A model generated the notes under the pieces. It saw nothing but the letters and a program-made list of their open reading frames with translations. It was not told the DNA's origin and made no database searches. Positions 59,430-64,000 of a DNA stretch of 64,000 nucleotides are shown piece after piece; within the stretch, counting starts at the first letter, position 1, and each line of letters starts with the position of its first letter. This DNA comes from Octopus sinensis (Eukaryota), in contig NW_021833056.1 of NCBI RefSeq assembly GCF_006345805.1, forward strand, positions 1-64,000, given 5' to 3'. A program made the translations under genes and the position numbers.

Positions 59430-60393
59430 CTGCCGGATACGGGTTGATTAATTAGCTCTGGGGAGACTCCCCGACACCTTCGGGTGAATTAGGGTTCATT
59501 TGGAGGGCTGCCCCTTTAAGTAAGCAGTTCAGTGTGTTAGAGACAGTGAAGAAGAGGAAGAAGTAAGTAGTGAGGAAGACAGATTAAGGAATCTGAGCGG
59601 CGATAGAGAGAGTATTAGAGCTAAGAGAGAGATTGAGGGTAGTGACAGAGCAGGAGGATTTGGGCAGTCGGTATTTGGTCGTCAAGGCGAGCGGTTGGAT
59701 TTAGGAGCGAGGATTTGGAATTCAGGGCAAGTGTTTAGCAAGTTGCAGTTAGCAGTACTGAGAGAGATGAGGTGCAATATGAGATACTGGCTATTCTAGT
59801 AGGAACTAAGGTACGTGAATTGTGTATTGATATGTGAAGAAAAAGAAGGAAAAGAATCGATGTAAAGAGACTGTTGAAAAGAAATGAGACAGTGAAAAGA
59901 GCAATGTGAACTGTGTAAAGACATTGTGTACAGAGTTATTGGAAAGGGAACTGTGTAATGAACATTGAACTGTATAGGCCTTTAATGTCCTTTGAACTGT
60001 AACTTTAATGTGATTTGAAACACAACTGTTGTCTCCGGACGTGTACTCTTGAAATTATGTTGTTATTGCATTTGATGTGTTGTTACCCGGACAGTTTAAA
60101 TGCTGTGATGTGTTGATTCTGTTACTTGCTTGTATTTACCTGTTGTATACCTGTTTCTTGCATGTATTTTCTTTGATATGTCTGATGTATTTAACATTGT
60201 ATTTGATGTTGTAATGATTGTCATAAACTAGCGTTAAATGTGAGCCAATTGCCTCTGTGTCTCTTCTTCCTGCTGCTGTTGTTGTTGTCTCTCTCTCCTC
60301 TCCGAGTTTTCGTGGCGAACATTCGCTGCATCGAACGGGCCTGTGTGAGGGATTCCGTAACAGCTTTCGTTCGACGGCGCTCCCCTCGTAACA
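59430..60393 (+). mobile_element. Solo-LTR-like element, unit 4 copy
   Basis: Aligns with 3960-4919 and ends GTAACA. Confidence 0.55.
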
Positions 60394-60414
60394 ATAATAT
60401 ATATATTATATATA

Positions 60415-60462
<48 letters not shown>

Positions 60463-60629
60463 TATATATATGTATGTAATATATTATGTATATATTTGTA
60501 CTGCAAACCTACTTTTTCCGTCGAGGGCATATATTTATATGGATTATTTATAATTGACAAAACACGGTGAGCTTTCATAAACTTTAAACTTATGAAATAT
60601 TTTATATATATATATATATATATATAGTA

Positions 60630-60660
<31 letters not shown>

Positions 60661-60679
60661 CATATACATACACATAAGA

Positions 60680-60947
60680 TGATTGCTCCATCTTAGCAGA
60701 TGGTTGCCGTTTTCTTTTGCTACCTGTTTGTCAAAGGCATTTCTGTGTTTCCATTCATGACCTCTCACTTGAAATTTAGTCTCTCTGCCGATCTGCCTTC
60801 TTTGAAGCGTAGGTGAGAGACGAAAGTTGTTGTAGCCTACCGTGCGCGTCCATTCTTCCACCACCGTAGGAACTTCAGCAGATGAAATGCCGAATGTGGT
60901 CATCTTAAAGACATAACTGTGCATCATTTGATTATAGTGAGAGGCAC
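60680..60947 (-). CDS. Candidate exon D, unit 4 copy
   Basis: Acceptor at 60947 and alternative donor at 60841 preserved; open frame. Confidence 0.45.
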
Positions 60948-61089
60948 CTGTAGAATACCAGTACCACTCTGAGTCTCTGTGACTAGAAACTAGTGGCAGA
61001 CCGAACAGAGAGGACTTTTAATCAGGTCAAACAGCAGGTTTTCCATCAGTAGGCACCTATGATGCAACCAAGGGATCTAGATATATGGT

Positions 61090-61120
<31 letters not shown>

Positions 61121-61527
61121 TTATACATGTATATATATATATGTGTGTGCGTGTGTGCATATAATATATATATATATAATATTATATACTATATAGATAT
61201 ATATATATATGTATATAATATATATCTATCTATATATATAATATAAGTATATAATGTATGCATGTATGTCTGTATGTATGTATGCATGAAAAAGCATATA
61301 AGGCGTTGTGTCAAAAGAGATGTGGTGAGAGGTGAAATCGATTGGGAAAAACAATTAAAAATGTATACGACTCATAAAAATGATTCATAAGTTGGTTGAC
61401 AGAAGTTAGATCCTGGCTGACTGCTTTAACTTGAATGCATGACTTACATTTCTTAATTTTCATTAAAAGTATTATTATTATTATTATTATTAACATTATA
61501 ATTATCATTATTATCATTATTTTTTTT

Positions 61528-64000
61528 TTCTTCTTTCAAATTTGCTTCCATTTCTTGCCGAGTGTCTTCCCGACTCCTAGGGCAAAGAAACTCATAGTAT
61601 ACATTGGTAGGCCATTAAACCAAACTCAGTATTTCGTTTATTTATTTATTTTTTTTTAAGTTAAATTAAAATACATGAGCAGCAACAGTTCTCACATCGG
61701 CAATGCTCTTCTCAATACGTGTGATGTACCAGTTAAGACAATCTTTTGCACTTCTTGCAGGGATGGTAAGCCAGGGATCATTCTCATATAATTTTCGGTT
61801 CCCTTCTTGATCATTCCTAGTGCTCCTACGATCACTGGTATTGTAACCGCCTTGAGATGCCACATTTTCTCAATTTCATGAGTAGGTCTTTATATTTTCT
61901 GAGCTTGTCAAACTCTTTCGCTGAGATATGATCACAGGGGATGCTCATGTCGATCAATAAGCAAACTTTATTGTTTTGGTCTTTCACAACAATATCTGGT
62001 TTATTGGCCTTGATGGGTCGGTCTGTATGTACTGGAAAGTCCCACAGAATGGTTACATTTTCTCCTTCAGTTACAGCCTCAGGGTGGTGATTATACCACT
62101 TGTCGGCAGTTTTGATATTGTAATGCCGACTTATTAGCCAGTGGAGATATTGGCCAACTCTGTCATGTCTTAATTTATACTCCACTGGTGCTAGGACTTT
62201 ACATCCAGAGATTAGGTGGTCCACTGTTTCAATCATGTCGTTGCAGAATCGGCATTTTGGGTCTGCTCCATTTTTCATCACATTGGCCTGGTAGTTCCGA
62301 GTTATAGGCTTTGATCTTGAGCAGCCAGGATGAAACCTTCGCTCTCTGCTTTTAGCCTGAGCTCCGTAGCCACTGATGGGTTGCTTCTGGTCAACATCAG
62401 CTTGTTTGCTGCGGGTCACATATTTGCCGTGCAGAGGTTTCTTCTCCCACCTATCAGCCAATTGCTCGTGCGCTTTTTTCGTTGCCATCATTTTCACCTT
62501 CTTTGCAACAATAGTTGCCGTACTTCCCTCGGGTTGTTCAGTTTGGGTATCCTCCACGAGATCAATAGCAAATTTTTTGCTTTCCTTTATAATTGAATGA
62601 AGCTTCTTTCGTCTCTCGTGATTTTCCAGGAGCTTTAGCATTCAGTCATTCGATATTTCGAGATATTTGGCCAGTCCAATTGTGGTTGTTTTGTAAGCTA
62701 GTTCAAATTAGATCAGGCCTCGACCTCCTTGGGCTCTGGGAAGGTAAAGGCGATCTACGTCTGCCTTTGGGTGGTGCATCCTATTACAACTCAGCAGCTT
62801 GCGTATTTTTCTATCTATATTCTTTACTTCACTCATATTCCAGTTCAACACATTGTAGCTATAAGTAACAACTGGAACTGCTAAGGAATTTATAGCTAAC
62901 ACCTTGTTACGTGCATTCAGTTCAGATTTCAGGACTGCACGAACTCTCCTATAACATTCCTTCCTGATTTTCTCTTTCATGCTTGCATGCTGAATACCAG
63001 AGCCTTCATTTATCCCTAAATATTTGTATGTTTGTTCTTGCTCAAGCTCTCTTATGACTGTGTCAACATCTAACACGACTGAATTTGTGGTCTTCACTTT
63101 CCCTTTCTGGAAAGTGGCCTTGGCACACTTCTCAAGTCCAAACTCCATCCCGATATCCTCGCTGAATGCTTTCACGGTGCGCAATAGGCCTTCAAGTTCA
63201 TTATTGTCTTTACTATAAAGTTTTTAGTCATCCATATAAAATAGATGGCTTATTTTTTTAATGGCAATTTTATACCCATACCCTGTTCTGTTTAATTCAC
63301 TTGTAAGGGGTATTAGGGCTATGCAGAATATTAAAGGTGAAAGTGAGTCACCTTGAAAAATTCCACAGTTGATGTTTATATTTTCTGAGGCAAGTACTCC
63401 ATTAGAGTGGTATAATTGGAGATTCGTATTCCACAACGACATATTTTGCTTCAGGAAGTTTGAAATCACAGGGGAAATTTTGAAGATATCCAGCGATCTC
63501 AAGATCCATGGATGCGGTATACTGTCGAAGGCCTTTTTGTAGTCAATCCATGGGGTGCTGAGATTTCTGCGCTTGTTGTGACAGTTCTCAAGGATCATAC
63601 GATTGATTAGCAGTTGATCTTTGCATCCGTAAGAGCCTCGGCGGCACCCTTTTTGTTCAATGGGGAAAATATCGTTCTTCTCCATGAATGCATATGTTTT
63701 CTCCGCCAGGATAGATGTTAGGATTTTATACGTGGTGGATTGACAGGTTATAGGCCGATAGTTTTTTGGAAGGTTAGTTTCGTTATTCTTTGGGAGTAGG
63801 TAAGTAATGCCACTTGCTAACCATTCAGATGTTTTCTTTGGGTCTCTCATAATTCCATTGAGCAGCTGAACTAGCTTACCGTGTGCGCATGGGAGCGATG
63901 CGAGCCAGAAATTCGGCACCCTCTCTTTACCGGGGGATTTCCAATTATGGGCCTTCGTGAGTGCCTTTCTTAGGTCTGCTATTGTGATGTCTTCCCATGC
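61528..64000 (-). mobile_element. Dong/R4-like element (copy D), frameshifted, runs off the window
   Basis: ORFs 63224-63919 (RT, YMDD), 62708-63184 and 61832-62641 (RLE). Confidence 0.92.

Larger units (their letters stand above)
58751..59430 (-). mobile_element. 363-nt tandem repeat with hammerhead ribozymes (retrozyme-like or PLE pLTR-like)
   Basis: ATAACTAAGT occurs at 58761 and 59124; about 1.76 near-identical monomers; absent from units 1 and 2 at the equivalent site. Confidence 0.75.

Overview
AT-rich, intron- and transposon-dense eukaryotic DNA. It is most likely from an Octopus genome; this is inferred from the tRNA-derived SINE family and the (TA)n/(ATT)n/(CATA)n landscape. The window is a tandem segmental duplication with a near-identical anchor ACGTTTA(A)ATATTTGTTGTGC at 13798, 34811 and 55772 (about 21 kb spacing; the first copy is shorter and the last is cut by the window). 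Each unit carries a minus-strand Penelope-like element, a solo-LTR-like block, an (ATT)n tract with R4/Dong-like RLE LINEs, old LINE/Helitron relics, a nested MITE, SINEs and 4-5 phase-compatible minus-strand candidate exons of a gene I cannot identify; these exons are open in one copy and broken in the others. Unit-specific insertions include a near-intact Dong-like element with a about 160-bp-arm 5' hairpin and two full-length CR1-like LINEs in opposite orientation. The most notable insertion is a 363-nt tandem repeat (58751-59430) carrying two minimal type I hammerhead ribozymes with a compensatory U3-A8 core, which looks like a retrozyme/circRNA-type element. Most short ORFs in the track are microsatellite artefacts. 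No rRNA, tRNA gene or CRISPR array was seen.
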